A stretch of 64,000 nucleotides of DNA from Dehalococcoidia bacterium (GCA_963665775.2 CAXXTF010000001.1:512001-576000), one strand, 5' to 3'. Numbered from the stretch's first letter, positions 1 through 11,807 are shown. Translations and numbers: made by a program. Notes: a model not told the origin generated them from the sequence alone.

Positions 1-1957
1 CGCTGGCACTGCCGTTATGGACTGGATGGCCCAGGAGCGGGAGCGCGGCATCACCATCACCGCTGCCGCTACTACCACACAGTGGCAGGACCACACGATC
101 AACATCGTGGACACCCCCGGCCATGTGGACTTCACGGTAGAAGTGGAACGAAGCCTACGCGTACTGGACGGAGGCGTCGTTGTCCTTGATGCGGTGGCCG
201 GTGTCCAGAGCCAGTCGGAGACCGTGTGGCGTCAGGCTGACCGCTATCACGTCCCCCGCATCTGTTTCGTGAACAAGATGGACCGGGTGGGGGCCGACTT
301 CAATAACACGGTCGATATGATCCGTGAGCGCCTGAACGCCCGACCCCTGCCTATCCAGATGCCTCTGGGTGGGGAGGACGCCTTTCGGGGAGTTGTCGAC
401 CTGGTGGAGCAGGAGGCTATCCTGTTCTCGGACGACCGCGACCAGCCGCCGCAGCGGCAGCCCATCCCGGACAGCTATCGGGAGGAGGCCCAGCACCGTC
501 GCGAACAGCTCCTGGAGGGGCTGGCCGAGGTGGATGACCAGATGCTAATCAGCTACGTCGAGCACCGCCAGGTCACGGCATCGGAGCTAAAGAAGGCGAT
601 CCGGCGGGAGACCATGGCCGGGGTGCTGACACCGGTCCTCTGTGGCTCGGCTCTCAGGGAGAAGGGGATTCAGCCGCTCCTGGATGCAGTAGTGGCCTAT
701 TTGCCCTCTCCGGCGGACCTTAAAGCCGTCACCGGCATTCACCCCGAGACGGGCGAGGCGCTGGAGCGATGGCCCTTGGAAAAGGAGCCCTTCTCCGCTC
801 TGGCCTTCAAGGTCGTATCCGACCCCTACGTGGGACGGTTAGTTTACTTCCGTGTCTACTCTGGGGTTGCGGAGCAGGGCGCTATGGTGAGCAACAGCGC
901 GCGCGACCAGCGTGAGAGGTTCGGGCGCATCATGCGGATGCATGCCAATCGCCGCGAAGATGTGGATGCGATATCCGCCGGCCAGATCGCCGCCACCGTA
1001 GGCCTCAAACACACGTTCACAGGCGATACCCTCTGCGATGTGGAGGAGCCCATCCTCCTGGAGGCGATCAAGTTTCCCGAGCCCGTTATCGCCGTGGCCA
1101 TCGAGCCCAAGACGAAGGACGACCAGGAGCGCATGTCCGAAACCCTCGCCCGTCTGTCGGAGGAGGATCCCACCTTCAAGGCGCACTACGACCGTGAGAC
1201 CGGCCAGACCGTCATCTCCGGCATGGGCGAGCTGCACCTGGAGATCATCGTAGACCGGATGCTGCGCGAGTTCAAAATGGAGGCTGATGTGGGTCGCCCA
1301 GAGGTGGCCTACAAGGAGACTATCACGGGTGCGGCTCAGGCAGAGGGTCGCTTCGTCCGCCAGTCAGGAGGCCGAGGCCAGTACGGCGTGGTCACCCTGG
1401 AGGTGGAACCGTTGCCACGGGGCGCCGGTATCCAGTTTGAGGACAAGGTCGTGGGCGGGTCCGTTCCCCGAGAGTACATCCCCGCCGTAAGGCAGGGGGT
1501 GCTAGAGGCCCTGGAGACGGGAGTGCTCGCCAACTATCCGGTGGTCGACGTCACGGTGGCCCTGGTCGATGGCCAGTACCATCCGGTGGACTCTTCGGAG
1601 TTGGCGTTCAAGATGGCCGGTTCCATGGCGGTGCAGGAAGCGATGAAGCGCGGCCGGCCCGTGATCCTGGAGCCGATAATGAAGATAGAGGCGGCCACTC
1701 CGGATCAGTTCTTCGGCGATGTGCTGGGCGATATCAGCTCCCGGCGCGGCCAGGTTATTGATGTAGACCAGCGCGGCCATCTACGGGTGATCGCGGCCCA
1801 TATCCCTCTGGCCCAGACCTTCGGTTACGCCACAGCCCTGCGCTCCCTCAGCCAGGGGCGCGCCAGCTACACTATGGAGTTCGATCACTACGAAGAGGTG
1901 CCCGTCTCCCTGGCCGAGCAGATCATGGGTCGGGTGCGAGGGGTCGTGCGGAGATAA
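1..1957 (+). CDS. fusA: Elongation factor G (5' end outside window)
   Basis: [34 protein letters not shown] and DSSELAF motifs; frame is open to the window edge. Confidence 0.98.
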   Translation, partial: AGTAVMDWMAQERERGITITAAATTTQWQDHTINIVDTPGHVDFTVEVERSLRVLDGGVVVLDAVAGVQSQSETVWRQADRYHVPRICFVNKMDRVGADFNNTVDMIRERLNARPLPIQMPLGGEDAFRGVVDLVEQEAILFSDDRDQPPQRQPIPDSYREEAQHRREQLLEGLAEVDDQMLISYVEHRQVTASELKKAIRRETMAGVLTPVLCGSALREKGIQPLLDAVVAYLPSPADLKAVTGIHPETGEALERWPLEKEPFSALAFKVVSDPYVGRLVYFRVYSGVAEQGAMVSNSARDQRERFGRIMRMHANRREDVDAISAGQIAATVGLKHTFTGDTLCDVEEPILLEAIKFPEPVIAVAIEPKTKDDQERMSETLARLSEEDPTFKAHYDRETGQTVISGMGELHLEIIVDRMLREFKMEADVGRPEVAYKETITGAAQAEGRFVRQSGGRGQYGVVTLEVEPLPRGAGIQFEDKVVGGSVPREYIPAVRQGVLEALETGVLANYPVVDVTVALVDGQYHPVDSSELAFKMAGSMAVQEAMKRGRPVILEPIMKIEAATPDQFFGDVLGDISSRRGQVIDVDQRGHLRVIAAHIPLAQTFGYATALRSLSQGRASYTMEFDHYEEVPVSLAEQIMGRVRGVVRR

Positions 1958-1961
1958 CCCG

Positions 1962-2270
1962 ATGGCTCGTCAGAAGATTCGGATCAGACTCAAGGCGTTC
2001 GACCATCGTATTCTGGACCAGTCGGCGGTTCTCATCGTGGAGGCGGCGGAGCGGACGGGCGCCGCTGTGGCCGGGCCTGTGCCCTTGCCTACGGCGATCG
2101 AGAAGTTCTGCGTAATCCGCTCCCCGCACATAGACAAAGACTCACGGGAGCAGTTCGAGATCCGTACCCATAAGCGGCTCATCGATATCCTGGAACCAAC
2201 CTCCAAGACCGTGGACGCCCTCATGCGGCTGCAGCTCCCCTTCGGTGTAGACATCGAGATCAAGCTATGA
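1962..2270 (+). CDS. rpsJ: 30S ribosomal protein S10
   Basis: [35 protein letters not shown]. Confidence 0.98.
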   Translation: MARQKIRIRLKAFDHRILDQSAVLIVEAAERTGAAVAGPVPLPTAIEKFCVIRSPHIDKDSREQFEIRTHKRLIDILEPTSKTVDALMRLQLPFGVDIEIKL

Positions 2271-2899
2271 GCATCGAAGGCATTCTCGGCCGCAAGCTAG
2301 GCATGACCCAGATCTTCGAGAAGGACGGCACCGCCGTGCCGGTGACGGCCATCGAGGCCGGGCCCTGCATCGTCGTTCAGGTCAAGACCCAGGAGCAGGA
2401 CGGCTACCAGGCCGTGCAACTGGGCTTCGGCAGCCGCAAGCGGGTGAACTCTCCCCAGAAGGGGCATATGAAGGGGCTGGGCCAGTTCCGCTACCTGCGC
2501 GAGTTCCGCGTGGACGATCTCCCGGCCTGGGAGGTGGGGAAGAAGGTGGGCTGCGAGATATTCCAAGCCGGCGACTACGTGCATGTGTCGGGCGCTTCCA
2601 AGGGTCGCGGCTTTGCCGGGGTAATGAAGCGCCACGGCTTCCATGGTGGCCCAAAGACCCACGGCCAGTCGGATCGAGCCCGGGCCCCGGGCTCCATCGG
2701 TGCGGGCACGGATCCGGGCCGCGTCATTAAGGGGATGAAGATGGCCGGCCACATGGGAACCGGCCAGGTCACAGTAAAGAACCTGAGGGTGATCGATTCC
2801 AACCCGGCCAGCGGCATCATCATGGTCAAGGGCCCCGTTCCGGGGAACGAGGGAGAGCTTGTCAGGATTAGAATAGCCAGGAAGGGGCAGCCGAAGTGA
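2267..2899 (+). CDS. rplC: 50S ribosomal protein L3
   Basis: [30 protein letters not shown]. Confidence 0.98.
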   Translation: MSIEGILGRKLGMTQIFEKDGTAVPVTAIEAGPCIVVQVKTQEQDGYQAVQLGFGSRKRVNSPQKGHMKGLGQFRYLREFRVDDLPAWEVGKKVGCEIFQAGDYVHVSGASKGRGFAGVMKRHGFHGGPKTHGQSDRARAPGSIGAGTDPGRVIKGMKMAGHMGTGQVTVKNLRVIDSNPASGIIMVKGPVPGNEGELVRIRIARKGQPK

Positions 2900-3678
2900 A
2901 GCTCTCTGTCCGTAACGCCGAGGGCAAGGAGGTTCGCAAGCTGGAGGTGGACGACAGCGTCTTCGGCATTGAGCCGAATATGGCGGTGCTCCATCAGGCC
3001 TTCGTGGCCCAACGGGCTAACCAACGCTCGGGCACGGCCCAAACCAAGTCCCGTGGCGAGGTTCGGGGCAGCACGCGCAAGATTCGGATGCAGAAGTACA
3101 CCGGTCGCGCCCGCGCCGGCAGCGCTCGCTCCCCCACGCGCGTGGGCGGCGGTGTGGCCTTCGGGCCCCGGCGCCGGGACTACAGCCAGGCCCTTCCCAA
3201 GAAGATGCGTCGCTTGGCGATACGCTCTGCCCTCTCCGGCAAGGTGGCCGACGAGCAGCTCGTGGTCGTCGACAAACTGTCCATGGAGTCGCCCAAGACC
3301 CGGGAGATGCTGCGGATACTCCGCAACGTGGGCATTGAACGCGCGGCCCTCATCGTGATCGGCCAAACGGACCGGATGGTGCTGGCCAGCATCCGCAACC
3401 TGGAGAAGACGAAGGTGTTGCCCGCCGCCTACCTCAACGTCGTCGACATGCTGACCCATCGCGACGTCTTGATGACGGAGGATGCGGTACGGGTGGCCGA
3501 GGAGCTCTGGGGTGAGAAGCGAGCCCCGGCCGCTCCCGTTGCCGAGAGCGCACCCAAGCGCCGACGCCCCGCCAAGGAGAAGGCACCGGCCGCCGAGGCA
3601 TCGGCCACGGAGGCACCGCCGGTGGCGAAGCCGCGGCGAAGGACCCGCAAGACAGCTGCCGATGGGGGGGAGGGCTAG
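2896..3678 (+). CDS. rplD: 50S ribosomal protein L4 with C-terminal low-complexity tail
   Basis: TKSRGEVRGS..K...QKYTGRARAGS.RSP..VGGGVAFGP. Confidence 0.97.
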   Translation: MKLSVRNAEGKEVRKLEVDDSVFGIEPNMAVLHQAFVAQRANQRSGTAQTKSRGEVRGSTRKIRMQKYTGRARAGSARSPTRVGGGVAFGPRRRDYSQALPKKMRRLAIRSALSGKVADEQLVVVDKLSMESPKTREMLRILRNVGIERAALIVIGQTDRMVLASIRNLEKTKVLPAAYLNVVDMLTHRDVLMTEDAVRVAEELWGEKRAPAAPVAESAPKRRRPAKEKAPAAEASATEAPPVAKPRRRTRKTAADGGEG

Positions 3679-3681
3679 ACT

Positions 3682-3981
3682 ATGGCCAAGGCGCCTCATC
3701 CCCTGGACGTGATCGTGCGGCCCCTCATCACGGAGAAGGCAACTCGCCTGGCAGGCGAGAACAAGTACGCTTTTGAGGTTCTCCCTCACGTCAACAAGGT
3801 GCAGATCAAGGAGGCAGTGGAGAAGGCGTTCGAGGTGCGGGTGGTGGACGTCAACACCATGGTCATGAAGGGCAAGGCCCGTCGAACCCGCGGCGGTCGG
3901 ATCAAGCACCGGCCGGATTGGAAGAAAGCGATGGTCACCCTCGTCCAGGGTGACAAGCTGGAGCTGTTTGAGGGAATATAG
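3682..3981 (+). CDS. rplW: 50S ribosomal protein L23
   Basis: [26 protein letters not shown]. Confidence 0.97.
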   Translation: MAKAPHPLDVIVRPLITEKATRLAGENKYAFEVLPHVNKVQIKEAVEKAFEVRVVDVNTMVMKGKARRTRGGRIKHRPDWKKAMVTLVQGDKLELFEGI

Positions 3982-3982
3982 G

Positions 3983-4813
3983 ATGGCGATAAAGGTGTTC
4001 AAACCGACATCGCCCGGGCGGCGGGGCGCTACAGGCCCCAGCTTCGATGAGATTACCCGCTCCCGGCCCGAGAAGTCGCTGCTCAAACCGAAGAAGAGGA
4101 CCGGCGGCAGGAACAACCAGGGCCGCCTTACCGTGCGCCACCGGGGCGGCGGCGCCAAACGCCGGCTGCGGATCATCGACTTCAAGCGGGACAAGTACGG
4201 CGTGCCGGGGAGGGTGGCCACTATCGAGTACGATCCGAACCGCTCCGCCCGCATCGCCCTGATCCACTACGTCGATGGAGAGAAGCGATACATCATATGT
4301 CCCGTAGGGCTAAGCGTGAACGATAACGTCATGTCCGGGCCGGAGGCCGAGATCAAGCCGGGTAACGCCTTGCCTTTGAAGAACATCCCCTCCGGCACCA
4401 CGATCCATAACCTGGAGTTGCACAAGGGCAAGGGAGCGCAGATGGTCCGAGGCGCCGGCGTCTCCGCCCAACTGCTGGCCCGCGAAGAGAACTACGCCCT
4501 GGTCCGTCTCCCCTCTGGGGAAACGCGGCGCATCTTTGCTGAATGTATGGCCACGGTGGGTCAGGTGGGCAACCCGGAGCACAGCCAGATCAAGCTGGGC
4601 AAGGCCGGTCGCAACCGGCTCTTGGGCCGCCGCCCGCACGTGCGCGGCACCGCGATGAACCCTCGCGATCACCCGCATGGCGGCGGCGAGGGTCGCGCTC
4701 CTATCGGTATGCCAGGCCCCAAGACCCCCTGGGGCAAGCCGGCCCTGGGCTATCGCACACGGCGGCGCAAGGACACGAACAAGTACATCGTTCGCCGCCG
4801 GTACGAGGCGTAA
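3983..4813 (+). CDS. rplB: 50S ribosomal protein L2
   Basis: [45 protein letters not shown]; ATG at 3983. Confidence 0.98.
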   Translation: MAIKVFKPTSPGRRGATGPSFDEITRSRPEKSLLKPKKRTGGRNNQGRLTVRHRGGGAKRRLRIIDFKRDKYGVPGRVATIEYDPNRSARIALIHYVDGEKRYIICPVGLSVNDNVMSGPEAEIKPGNALPLKNIPSGTTIHNLELHKGKGAQMVRGAGVSAQLLAREENYALVRLPSGETRRIFAECMATVGQVGNPEHSQIKLGKAGRNRLLGRRPHVRGTAMNPRDHPHGGGEGRAPIGMPGPKTPWGKPALGYRTRRRKDTNKYIVRRRYEA

Positions 4814-4821
4814 GGGGAATC

Positions 4822-5112
4822 ATGTCTAGATCCACGAAGAAAGGCCCCTACGCCGACCCGAAGCTGCTGGCGAAGGTGCTGAAGGTACAGCAGTCCGGCG
4901 AGAAGTCGGTCATCCGCACCTGGTCCCGTCGCTCGACCATTCTGCCGGAGATGGTGAGTCTCACCATCGCGGTGCACGATGGCCGGCGCCACGTGCCGAT
5001 CTTCATCACGGAGAATATGGTGGGCCACAAGTTGGGCGAGTTTGCCCTGACGCGGACCTTCCGCGGACATAGCGGGCGCTCAGCGCAGGTGTCCCAGGTG
5101 AGGAGAAGGTAG
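4822..5112 (+). CDS. rpsS: 30S ribosomal protein S19
   Basis: [29 protein letters not shown]; ATG at 4822 after GGGGAA. Confidence 0.97.
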   Translation: MSRSTKKGPYADPKLLAKVLKVQQSGEKSVIRTWSRRSTILPEMVSLTIAVHDGRRHVPIFITENMVGHKLGEFALTRTFRGHSGRSAQVSQVRRR

Positions 5113-5119
5113 GCTAGCC

Positions 5120-5458
5120 GTGGAGGTCAGGTCCTTTAGCCGTAACGCTCCCATAGCGCCCAAGAAGGCGCGCCTCATCCTGAACCAGGTCCGTGGCAAG
5201 CGCCTGGATGAGGCGATGTCCGTACTGCGCTTCATGCCTACGCCGCACGCGCGGCTAGTGGCTAAGGTGGTGCGCTCGGCTGCCGCCAACGCGGAGAACA
5301 ACTATAGCATGCAGCCCCGCAACCTGCGGATCGCGCAGGCCTTTGTCGGCGACGGCCTCCGTTACCGTCGTCTGCTGCCGCGGGCCCGTGGCCGGGCCGA
5401 TACCATGCGGCGGCGGCGCAGCAACATTACGATCATCGTGCAGGAAGAGGAAGAGTAA
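5120..5458 (+). CDS. rplV: 50S ribosomal protein L22
   Basis: APKKARL...VRGK, SAAANAENN, PRARGRA. Confidence 0.96.
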   Translation: MEVRSFSRNAPIAPKKARLILNQVRGKRLDEAMSVLRFMPTPHARLVAKVVRSAAANAENNYSMQPRNLRIAQAFVGDGLRYRRLLPRARGRADTMRRRRSNITIIVQEEEE

Positions 5459-5459
5459 G

Positions 5460-6434
5460 ATGGGTCAGAAGGTTCACCCCCACGGCTTCCGCCTGGGCTA
5501 CATCTATGACTGGAGCAGCAAGTGGTTCGCCGATCGGAACTACACCGCCCTGCTCCACGAGGATCTCTCCATTCGGCGTACCATCAGCGACCTCTTTCCC
5601 GAGGCTGGCGTCTCGCGGGTGGAGATCGAGCGGAACGCCAATCAGGTCACGGTAGCCATTCACACGGCTCGTCCCGGCATCGTCATCGGCCGCGGCGGGT
5701 CGAGGGTGGACGAACTACGAAATAAGCTGGAGGCCGTTATCGGCCGCCGCGTTCGGGTGAACATCAACGAGATACGAATGCCAGAGATCGAGGCGCCGCT
5801 GGTGGCCAAGGCTGTGGCCGAGCAGATCGAGCGCCGGGTGTCCCATCGTCGGGCGATCAAGCAGGCGGCGGCCCGGGCGATGCAGCGGGGAGCGCAAGGG
5901 GTCAAGATCAGAGTCGCCGGCCGCCTGGGCGGCTCCGACATGTCCCGGAACGACCAGGAAAGGCAGGGCCGCGTCCCTTTGCACACGCTCAGGGCTGACA
6001 TAGATTACGGCACTGCCGAAGCCCGTACCAAGCTCGGTCGGATCGGCGTCAAGGCCTGGATCTACAAGGGCGACATTATATTCGAGCGCCAGACGCCCGC
6101 CCGTCCCGGCCAGTCCGAGGAGGGTGAGACCCCGGCCACCCAGGCGCCAGCCGAGAACGCAGCCCGTGAGACCCCGGCCACCCAGGCGCCAGCCGAGAAC
6201 GCAGCCCGTGAGACCCCGGCCGCCCAGGCGCCAGTAGAGGACGCGGCCAGTGAGGCGCCGGCCGCCCAGGCGCCAGTAGAGGACGCGGCCAGTGAGGCGC
6301 CGGCTGCCCAGGCGCCAGCAGAGGACGCAGACAGCGGAGCGCCAGCCACCCAGGCGCCAGCGGAGAACGCAGCCGGTGAGGCCCCGGCTCCGGCCGACAG
6401 CCCGCAGGGCGAGGACGCCGATGCTTCAGCCTAA
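5460..6434 (+). CDS. rpsC: 30S ribosomal protein S3 with repetitive acidic tail
   Basis: [38 protein letters not shown]; ATG at 5460. Confidence 0.97.
   Translation: MGQKVHPHGFRLGYIYDWSSKWFADRNYTALLHEDLSIRRTISDLFPEAGVSRVEIERNANQVTVAIHTARPGIVIGRGGSRVDELRNKLEAVIGRRVRVNINEIRMPEIEAPLVAKAVAEQIERRVSHRRAIKQAAARAMQRGAQGVKIRVAGRLGGSDMSRNDQERQGRVPLHTLRADIDYGTAEARTKLGRIGVKAWIYKGDIIFERQTPARPGQSEEGETPATQAPAENAARETPATQAPAENAARETPAAQAPVEDAASEAPAAQAPVEDAASEAPAAQAPAEDADSGAPATQAPAENAAGEAPAPADSPQGEDADASA
6126..6392 (+). repeat. 42-bp coding tandem repeat (about 6 diverged copies, [14 protein letters not shown]-type) in rpsC
   Basis: gagaccccggccacccaggcgccagccgagaacgcagcccgt and variants repeated in tandem. 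Confidence 0.9.
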
Positions 6435-6834
6435 GAGAACCAAGTACCGTAAGGCCCATCGGGGCCGCCGCCGCGGACGCGCCGCCACCGGCAACAACGT
6501 GGCCTTTGGCGACTTCGGCCTGCAGGCCTTGGGGGCCTGCTGGATGAGCGCCCGGCAGATCGAGGCGGGCCGCCGAGCTGTGACCCGCTACGTGCGTCGC
6601 GGCGGCAAGCTGTGGATTCGGGTCTTCCCTGATAAGCCCATCACCAAGAAGCCGCTGGAGGTCCGTCAGGGCTCCGGTAAAGGCCCGGTAGAGGGGTGGG
6701 TGGCCGTGGTTAAGCCCGGCCGCATCATCTACGAGATAGCCGGCGTGCAGGAGGAGACGGCGCGGGAGGCGATGCGTCTGGCTTCCCACAAACTGCCTAT
6801 CCCCACCCGCTTCGTCGGGCGCGAGGCGATGTAG
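6421..6834 (+). CDS. rplP: 50S ribosomal protein L16
   Basis: [30 protein letters not shown]. Confidence 0.97.
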   Translation: MLQPKRTKYRKAHRGRRRGRAATGNNVAFGDFGLQALGACWMSARQIEAGRRAVTRYVRRGGKLWIRVFPDKPITKKPLEVRQGSGKGPVEGWVAVVKPGRIIYEIAGVQEETAREAMRLASHKLPIPTRFVGREAM

Positions 6835-6836
6835 TC

Positions 6837-7073
6837 ATGGCCAAGAAACTGAAGACCAAGACCGAGGAGATACGTAAGTTGTCCGAGGTCGATCTCGCCA
6901 AGGAGCTAGAGGAGGCGCACCGCCGCCTCTTCTCCGTGCGTTTGCAGACAAAGACACACCAGGTAACGAACCACCGGGAGCTACCGAGACTCCGGCGGCA
7001 GGTAGCCCGTCTGAAGACGATCAAGCACGAGCGTGAACTGGCCAGCGGTCGGTCTGTTCAGGGGGTATCCTGA
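6837..7073 (+). CDS. rpmC: 50S ribosomal protein L29
   Basis: Position in operon; LF.VRLQ...[10 protein letters not shown]. Confidence 0.93.
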   Translation: MAKKLKTKTEEIRKLSEVDLAKELEEAHRRLFSVRLQTKTHQVTNHRELPRLRRQVARLKTIKHERELASGRSVQGVS

Positions 7074-7075
7074 CT

Positions 7076-7813
7076 ATGGCCGCCCGGGGGCAGTATGGCG
7101 GACGCAAGGTGCGCGAAGGTGTCGTCGTGAGCGATAAGATGCGGAAGACCGTGATAGTGGCCGTGGAAGCCAATATGCGCCACCGTCTGTACAAGAAGGT
7201 TGTCCGTCGCGTGCGGCGTTATATGGCTCATGATGAGTCCGACGGCTGCAGCCTGGGCGACCGCGTTCGCATCGTGGAGCAGCGACCCCTCTCCCGCCAC
7301 AAGCGCTGGCAGGTGATAGAGGTGCTGCGGCGCGCCGAACTGACGGAGTTGGCTGCGGAGTCGATCGATCTGGACCTGCTGGGCGAGGTGAAGGCGGAGG
7401 CGGAGGCGGCGGCCAGCGAGGAAGCGCCGGCGGCTGCGGTTGCGGAGGAGGCCGCCCCTGAGGTCGAGTCGGCAGCAGAGGAGGCAGCGACCGAGGCGGA
7501 GGCGGAGGCGCAGGCCAGCGAAGAAGCGCCGGCGGCCGCGGTTGCGGAGGAGGCCGCCCCTGAGGTCGAGTCGGCAGCAGAGGAGGCAGCGACCGAGGCG
7601 GAGGCGGAGGCGGCGGCCAGCGAGGAAGCGCCGGCGGCCGCGGTTGCGGAGGAGGCCGCCCCTGAGGTCGAGTCGGCAGCAGAGGAGGCAGCGACCGAGG
7701 CGGAGGCGGAGGCGCAGGCGGAGGCGCAGGCCAGCGAAGAAGCGCCGGCGGCTGCGGTTGCGGAGGAGGAGTCGCAGGAGGCGGAACCAGAGGGAGATGA
7801 GGAGCGACCGTGA
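7076..7813 (+). CDS. rpsQ: 30S ribosomal protein S17 with long acidic repeat tail
   Basis: [36 protein letters not shown]. Confidence 0.95.
   Translation: MAARGQYGGRKVREGVVVSDKMRKTVIVAVEANMRHRLYKKVVRRVRRYMAHDESDGCSLGDRVRIVEQRPLSRHKRWQVIEVLRRAELTELAAESIDLDLLGEVKAEAEAAASEEAPAAAVAEEAAPEVESAAEEAATEAEAEAQASEEAPAAAVAEEAAPEVESAAEEAATEAEAEAAASEEAPAAAVAEEAAPEVESAAEEAATEAEAEAQAEAQASEEAPAAAVAEEESQEAEPEGDEERP
7395..7770 (+). repeat. 102-bp coding tandem repeat (34 aa, about 3.5 near-identical copies) in rpsQ
   Basis: [34 protein letters not shown] units starting near 7412, 7514, 7616 and 7730. Confidence 0.92.
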
Positions 7814-8178
7814 TCCAGTCTAATTCTCGCCTTAAGATCGCGGACAACTCCGGCGCGCGCCAGATCATGTGCATAAAGGTGCTGGGAGGCTCCAAGCGGC
7901 GCTACGGCCGCGTGGGGGACCTCATCGTGGCCAGCGTCAAGCAGGCGACCCCCATGGGTGGCGTGAAGAAAGGAGAGGTGGTGCGGGCGGTGGTCGTGCG
8001 GGTAGCGCAGCCCTACCGCCGCCGCGACGGCTCCTATATCCGCTTCGATGAGAACGCCGCCGTCGTCCTTTCGGATTCCTTCAACCCGCGTGGCACTCGC
8101 ATCTTCGGTCCCGTGGCCCGGGAGCTGCGGGAGAAGAACTTCATGAAGATCGTCTCCCTGGCTCCGGAGGTAGTGTAG
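7810..8178 (+). CDS. rplN: 50S ribosomal protein L14
   Basis: [37 protein letters not shown]. Confidence 0.98.
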   Translation: MIQSNSRLKIADNSGARQIMCIKVLGGSKRRYGRVGDLIVASVKQATPMGGVKKGEVVRAVVVRVAQPYRRRDGSYIRFDENAAVVLSDSFNPRGTRIFGPVARELREKNFMKIVSLAPEVV

Positions 8179-8180
8179 AT

Positions 8181-8495
8181 ATGCAGCGGGTCAGGCGTGA
8201 GGACACAGTGCTGGTGGTGAAGGGGAAGGATCGCGGTCGCAGCGGCAGCGTGCGGAAGGTGATACCGGACAAGAAGAAGGTCATTATCACCGGGATCAAC
8301 ATCGTGAAGCGCCACATGCGCCCTCGTGGTCCGCAGCAGCCGGGCGGCATCATAGAGCGCGAGGCCCCAATCGCCTGGGCCAACGTGGCTCTCATCTGCC
8401 AGGGCTGTAACAAGCCCGTGCGCGTCGGCTTCCGTGTCTTGCCTGACAGCCGCAAGGTTCGCTACTGTAAGAGATGTGATGCTAACTTTGATTAG
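8181..8495 (+). CDS. rplX: 50S ribosomal protein L24
   Basis: [25 protein letters not shown]. Confidence 0.96.
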   Translation: MQRVRREDTVLVVKGKDRGRSGSVRKVIPDKKKVIITGINIVKRHMRPRGPQQPGGIIEREAPIAWANVALICQGCNKPVRVGFRVLPDSRKVRYCKRCDANFD

Positions 8496-8506
8496 GTGCC
8501 TGTAAG

Positions 8507-9055
8507 ATGATTCCGAGAATGAAGGAGAAATACCGCGACGAGGTGCTGCCCAGCCTCCTGAAGGAGTTCCAACACCGCAACGTCATGGAGGTGGCGCGTG
8601 TCCAGAAGGTGACGGTGAACATCGGCTTGGGCGAAGCGATCCAGAACGGCAAGGCGCTGGATGCTGCCTCCGCCGACATCGCGACGATCACCGGTCAGAG
8701 GCCGGTCAGCACCCGGGCCAAGAGGTCGATCGCCAACTTCAAGCTGCGGGAGGGCATGCCCATCGGCGCCATGACTACGCTGCACGGGGACCGCATGTGG
8801 GAGTTTCTGGACCGGATGATAAACGCCGCCCTGCCCCGCGTTCGCGATTTCCAGGGCGTCTCGCCCAACTCCTTCGACGGCCGGGGCAACTTCAGCCTGG
8901 GTATCCGTGAGCAGTTGATTTTTTCCGAGATCGAGTACGATTCGGTGGACCGGATACGCGGCCTGCAGGTCACCATCGGCACCACCGCCAGGACTGACGA
9001 GGAGGGCAAGCGGCTCCTGGAACTCTTGGGAATGCCCTTCGCCAGAAGCGGATGA
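8507..9055 (+). CDS. rplE: 50S ribosomal protein L5
   Basis: [40 protein letters not shown]. Confidence 0.98.
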   Translation: MIPRMKEKYRDEVLPSLLKEFQHRNVMEVARVQKVTVNIGLGEAIQNGKALDAASADIATITGQRPVSTRAKRSIANFKLREGMPIGAMTTLHGDRMWEFLDRMINAALPRVRDFQGVSPNSFDGRGNFSLGIREQLIFSEIEYDSVDRIRGLQVTIGTTARTDEEGKRLLELLGMPFARSG

Positions 9056-9092
9056 TCCTAGAGATGATCCCGCACACAGATAAGGAGAGGTT

Positions 9093-9281
9093 GTGACCCG
9101 TAAGGCGCTCTATGAGAAGACCTTCCATAAGCAGCCGAAGTTTGCGGTTCGGCTGCATAGCCGCTGTCGCTTGTGTGGAAGGTCACGGGCCTATATGCGG
9201 AAGTTCGCCCTCTGTCGCATCTGTTTCCGCGGCCTGGCCCTGCTGGGTCACCTGCCTGGCGTCAAGAAGTCGAGCTGGTAA
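9093..9281 (+). CDS. rpsN: 30S ribosomal protein S14, zinc-binding type
   Basis: [31 protein letters not shown]. Confidence 0.95.
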   Translation: MTRKALYEKTFHKQPKFAVRLHSRCRLCGRSRAYMRKFALCRICFRGLALLGHLPGVKKSSW

Positions 9282-9290
9282 GGGCGAGCC

Positions 9291-9686
9291 ATGAATACCG
9301 ATCCCATCGCTGATATGCTGACCCGGATCCGGAACGCCTTGCAGGCCCGGCACGATTACACGGATATGCCGGCCTCAAAGCTGAAGATCGCCCTGGCGCA
9401 GGTACTCAAGACGGAGGGGTACGTCCGGGGCTTCGAGGTGAAGAGTGAGGGGCACAGACGAGATATCCGCATCCATCTCGCATATCTCGCTAATCGGGAG
9501 CCTACCATCACGGGGCTGCAACGGGTGAGCAAGCCCGGCCTGCGCGTACACGCCCAGCGTCGTGAGATCCCCCGGGTGTACGGCGGTTTGGGCATCGCCA
9601 TTATGTCCACCGCGGAGGGCCTCCTCACCGGTAAGGAAGCCCGGCGCCGGGGTGTTGGCGGCGAGGTTCTCTGCTATGTGTGGTGA
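9291..9686 (+). CDS. rpsH: 30S ribosomal protein S8
   Basis: DPIADMLTRIRNA, RVSKPGLR, GGEVLCYVW. Confidence 0.98.
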   Translation: MNTDPIADMLTRIRNALQARHDYTDMPASKLKIALAQVLKTEGYVRGFEVKSEGHRRDIRIHLAYLANREPTITGLQRVSKPGLRVHAQRREIPRVYGGLGIAIMSTAEGLLTGKEARRRGVGGEVLCYVW

Positions 9687-9692
9687 TCTGAT

Positions 9693-10232
9693 ATGTCACG
9701 AATAGGAAGCATGCCCATATCGATTCCCAGCGGTGTGGATGTCCGTATTCAGGGCAGCAGCGTGACAGTGAAGGGACCCAGGGGGGAGCTGCATCGCGAT
9801 GTTGACCCTGACATGCGGCTTGCGGTCACGGATGGCCAGCTCCTGGTCTCCCGACCGTCGGAGCAGCAGCGCCATAGGGCCCAGCACGGGCTCACGCGGA
9901 CCCTCCTGGCCAACATGGTGATCGGCGTCAGCGAAGGGTATACCAAGGCCCTGGAGATGCAGGGCGTGGGCTATCGGGCCCAGATGCAGGGCAGCGACCT
10001 GGTGCTGGCGGTAGGCTACTCTCATCCCGTGCGGGTACCGCCGCCGCCAGGCATAGAGTTCGAGGTTGACGGCAACACTAGGCTGCTGGTGAAGGGGATA
10101 AGCAAGGAGCTGGTGGGGCAGGTGGCTGCCGACGTCCGTAAGGTGCGGCCGCCGGAGCCTTACAAAGGGAAGGGGATCCGCTACGTGGGCGAGTATGTGC
10201 GTCGCAAGGCGGGCAAGGCCGGTAAGGCATAG
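9693..10232 (+). CDS. rplF: 50S ribosomal protein L6
   Basis: MSRIG..PI, GYSHP, RPPEPYKGKGIRY. Confidence 0.98.
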   Translation: MSRIGSMPISIPSGVDVRIQGSSVTVKGPRGELHRDVDPDMRLAVTDGQLLVSRPSEQQRHRAQHGLTRTLLANMVIGVSEGYTKALEMQGVGYRAQMQGSDLVLAVGYSHPVRVPPPPGIEFEVDGNTRLLVKGISKELVGQVAADVRKVRPPEPYKGKGIRYVGEYVRRKAGKAGKA

Positions 10233-10245
10233 TGGATAGAGATCG

Positions 10246-10614
10246 ATGAACAAGACTAGAACCGTCAGAGCTGCGCGAAGACGACGTCACCTGCGCGTCC
10301 GCAAGAAGCTGACGGGGACGCCCGAGAGGCCGCGACTCGTCGTATTCCGGAGCGCGAACCACATCTACGCCCAGATTGTCGACGACAGCATCGGTCACAC
10401 CCTGGTCGCCGCCTGCGACCTGGAGGCTGAGCTACGTGCCTCCCGGAACGGTAAGAAGAAGACGGAGATGGCCGACCTGGTGGGCCAGGCTATCGCCGGA
10501 CGGGCCAAGGCGAAAGGGATCGGCACTGTGGTGTTCGACAGGGGCGGATTCCAGTATCACGGCCGCGTCAAGGCGTTGGCGGAGGCGGCCCGCAAGGTCG
10601 GCCTCAGTTTCTAG
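10246..10614 (+). CDS. rplR: 50S ribosomal protein L18
   Basis: [36 protein letters not shown]. Confidence 0.98.
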   Translation: MNKTRTVRAARRRRHLRVRKKLTGTPERPRLVVFRSANHIYAQIVDDSIGHTLVAACDLEAELRASRNGKKKTEMADLVGQAIAGRAKAKGIGTVVFDRGGFQYHGRVKALAEAARKVGLSF

Positions 10615-10628
10615 CGAGCGAGGGGATT

Positions 10629-11165
10629 ATGTCTAACCCGCGGAAATATATAGCCACGAAGGAACGCGTGGACCCCAGCCAACTGGAACTGAACGAGAAA
10701 GTGGTGTACATCAACCGCGTGGCCAAGGTGATGAAGGGTGGTCGCCGCTTCCACTTCACCGCCGTGGTGGTGGTAGGCGATATGGCCGGCCACGTGGGCG
10801 CCGCCATGGGCAAGGCGACCGAGGTGCCCGAGGCGATCCGCAAGGCCGGCGCCATCGCCCGCAAGCACATGATCGAGGCGCCCATGACGGGCTCTACCAT
10901 TCCTCACCCGCTGCTGCTCCGCTTCGGGGCGGCTAAGGTCATTTTGAAGCCGGCGCCCCCGGGTACCGGCCTCATCGCCGGCGGCGGTGTGCGCGCCGTG
11001 CTGGAGATGGCCGGGGTGAAGGACGCTGTGGCCAAATCCCTGGGCTCCAATAACCCGGCCAACGTGGTGAAGGCTACGATCCTCGGCCTCTCCAAGCTCC
11101 GTTCCCCGGAGGAGGCCCTGGCTCGTCGGCGGAACGTCTCACAGGAGGCGTCCCTTGGCTGGTAA
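10629..11165 (+). CDS. rpsE: 30S ribosomal protein S5
   Basis: [38 protein letters not shown]. Confidence 0.98.
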   Translation: MSNPRKYIATKERVDPSQLELNEKVVYINRVAKVMKGGRRFHFTAVVVVGDMAGHVGAAMGKATEVPEAIRKAGAIARKHMIEAPMTGSTIPHPLLLRFGAAKVILKPAPPGTGLIAGGGVRAVLEMAGVKDAVAKSLGSNNPANVVKATILGLSKLRSPEEALARRRNVSQEASLGW

Positions 11166-11346
11166 ACTACGTATTACCTGGAGGAAGAGCGATATTGGCT
11201 ACGCCGGCGACCAGAAGCGCACGATCCAGGCTCTGGGGCTGCGCCGGCTGGGACACACGGTAGAACATGAAGATATTCGCTCAATTCGTGGTATGGTCAC
11301 TAAGGTTCGTCACCTGGTGGAGGTAGTGGAGGTTCCCCAAACCTAA
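11155..11346 (+). CDS. rpmD: 50S ribosomal protein L30
   Basis: LRITW.KS.IG, ALGLRR, RGMV.KVRHLV. Confidence 0.95.
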   Translation: MAGKLRITWRKSDIGYAGDQKRTIQALGLRRLGHTVEHEDIRSIRGMVTKVRHLVEVVEVPQT

Positions 11347-11807
11347 TGTTAGCGCACGAACTCTCGCCTCCTCCAGGGTCAAGGCGTGCTCGGAAACGGG
11401 TAGGCCGCGGCAACGCCAGCGGCCATGGTACCTATTCCGGCCGTGGGCTGAAGGGTCAGAAGGCCCGTGCCGGGCGCACGCCCAAGCTGGGCTTCGAAGG
11501 GGGCCAGACTAAGCTCATCAAGAGGCTGCCGCGGCGGCGTGGCTTTACCAACCTGTTCCGCACGGAGTATTCGCCTGTTAACCTGAGCGACCTCCGCGTG
11601 TTCGAGGCCGGCACGGAGGTGACCCCAGAGCTCCTGAAGGAGCGGGGGATCCTGCGCAGCCTGCGCAAGCCGGTCAAGGTGCTGGCCGCGGGCGAGCTGA
11701 CCGGGCCCCTGACGGTGAAAGCCCATAAGTTCTCGCTCTCGGCCCGCGGGAAGATCGAGGCGATCGGCGGCTCGGTCGTGGAGCTAGGCGATGGCGACGG
11801 CGGCTAG
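11346..11807 (+). CDS. rplO: 50S ribosomal protein L15
   Basis: RVGRG..SGHG..SGRG.KGQKAR, GFEGGQT. Confidence 0.97.
   Translation: MLAHELSPPPGSRRARKRVGRGNASGHGTYSGRGLKGQKARAGRTPKLGFEGGQTKLIKRLPRRRGFTNLFRTEYSPVNLSDLRVFEAGTEVTPELLKERGILRSLRKPVKVLAAGELTGPLTVKAHKFSLSARGKIEAIGGSVVELGDGDGG

Noticed and set aside
2575-4254. 559-aa minus-strand ORF
   Set aside because: Antisense shadow of rplC-rplD-rplW-rplB, expected in high-GC DNA; no recognisable motifs.
6126-7770. Regular repeats as a possible CRISPR array
   Set aside because: In-frame coding tandem repeats with no unique spacers and no cas genes.
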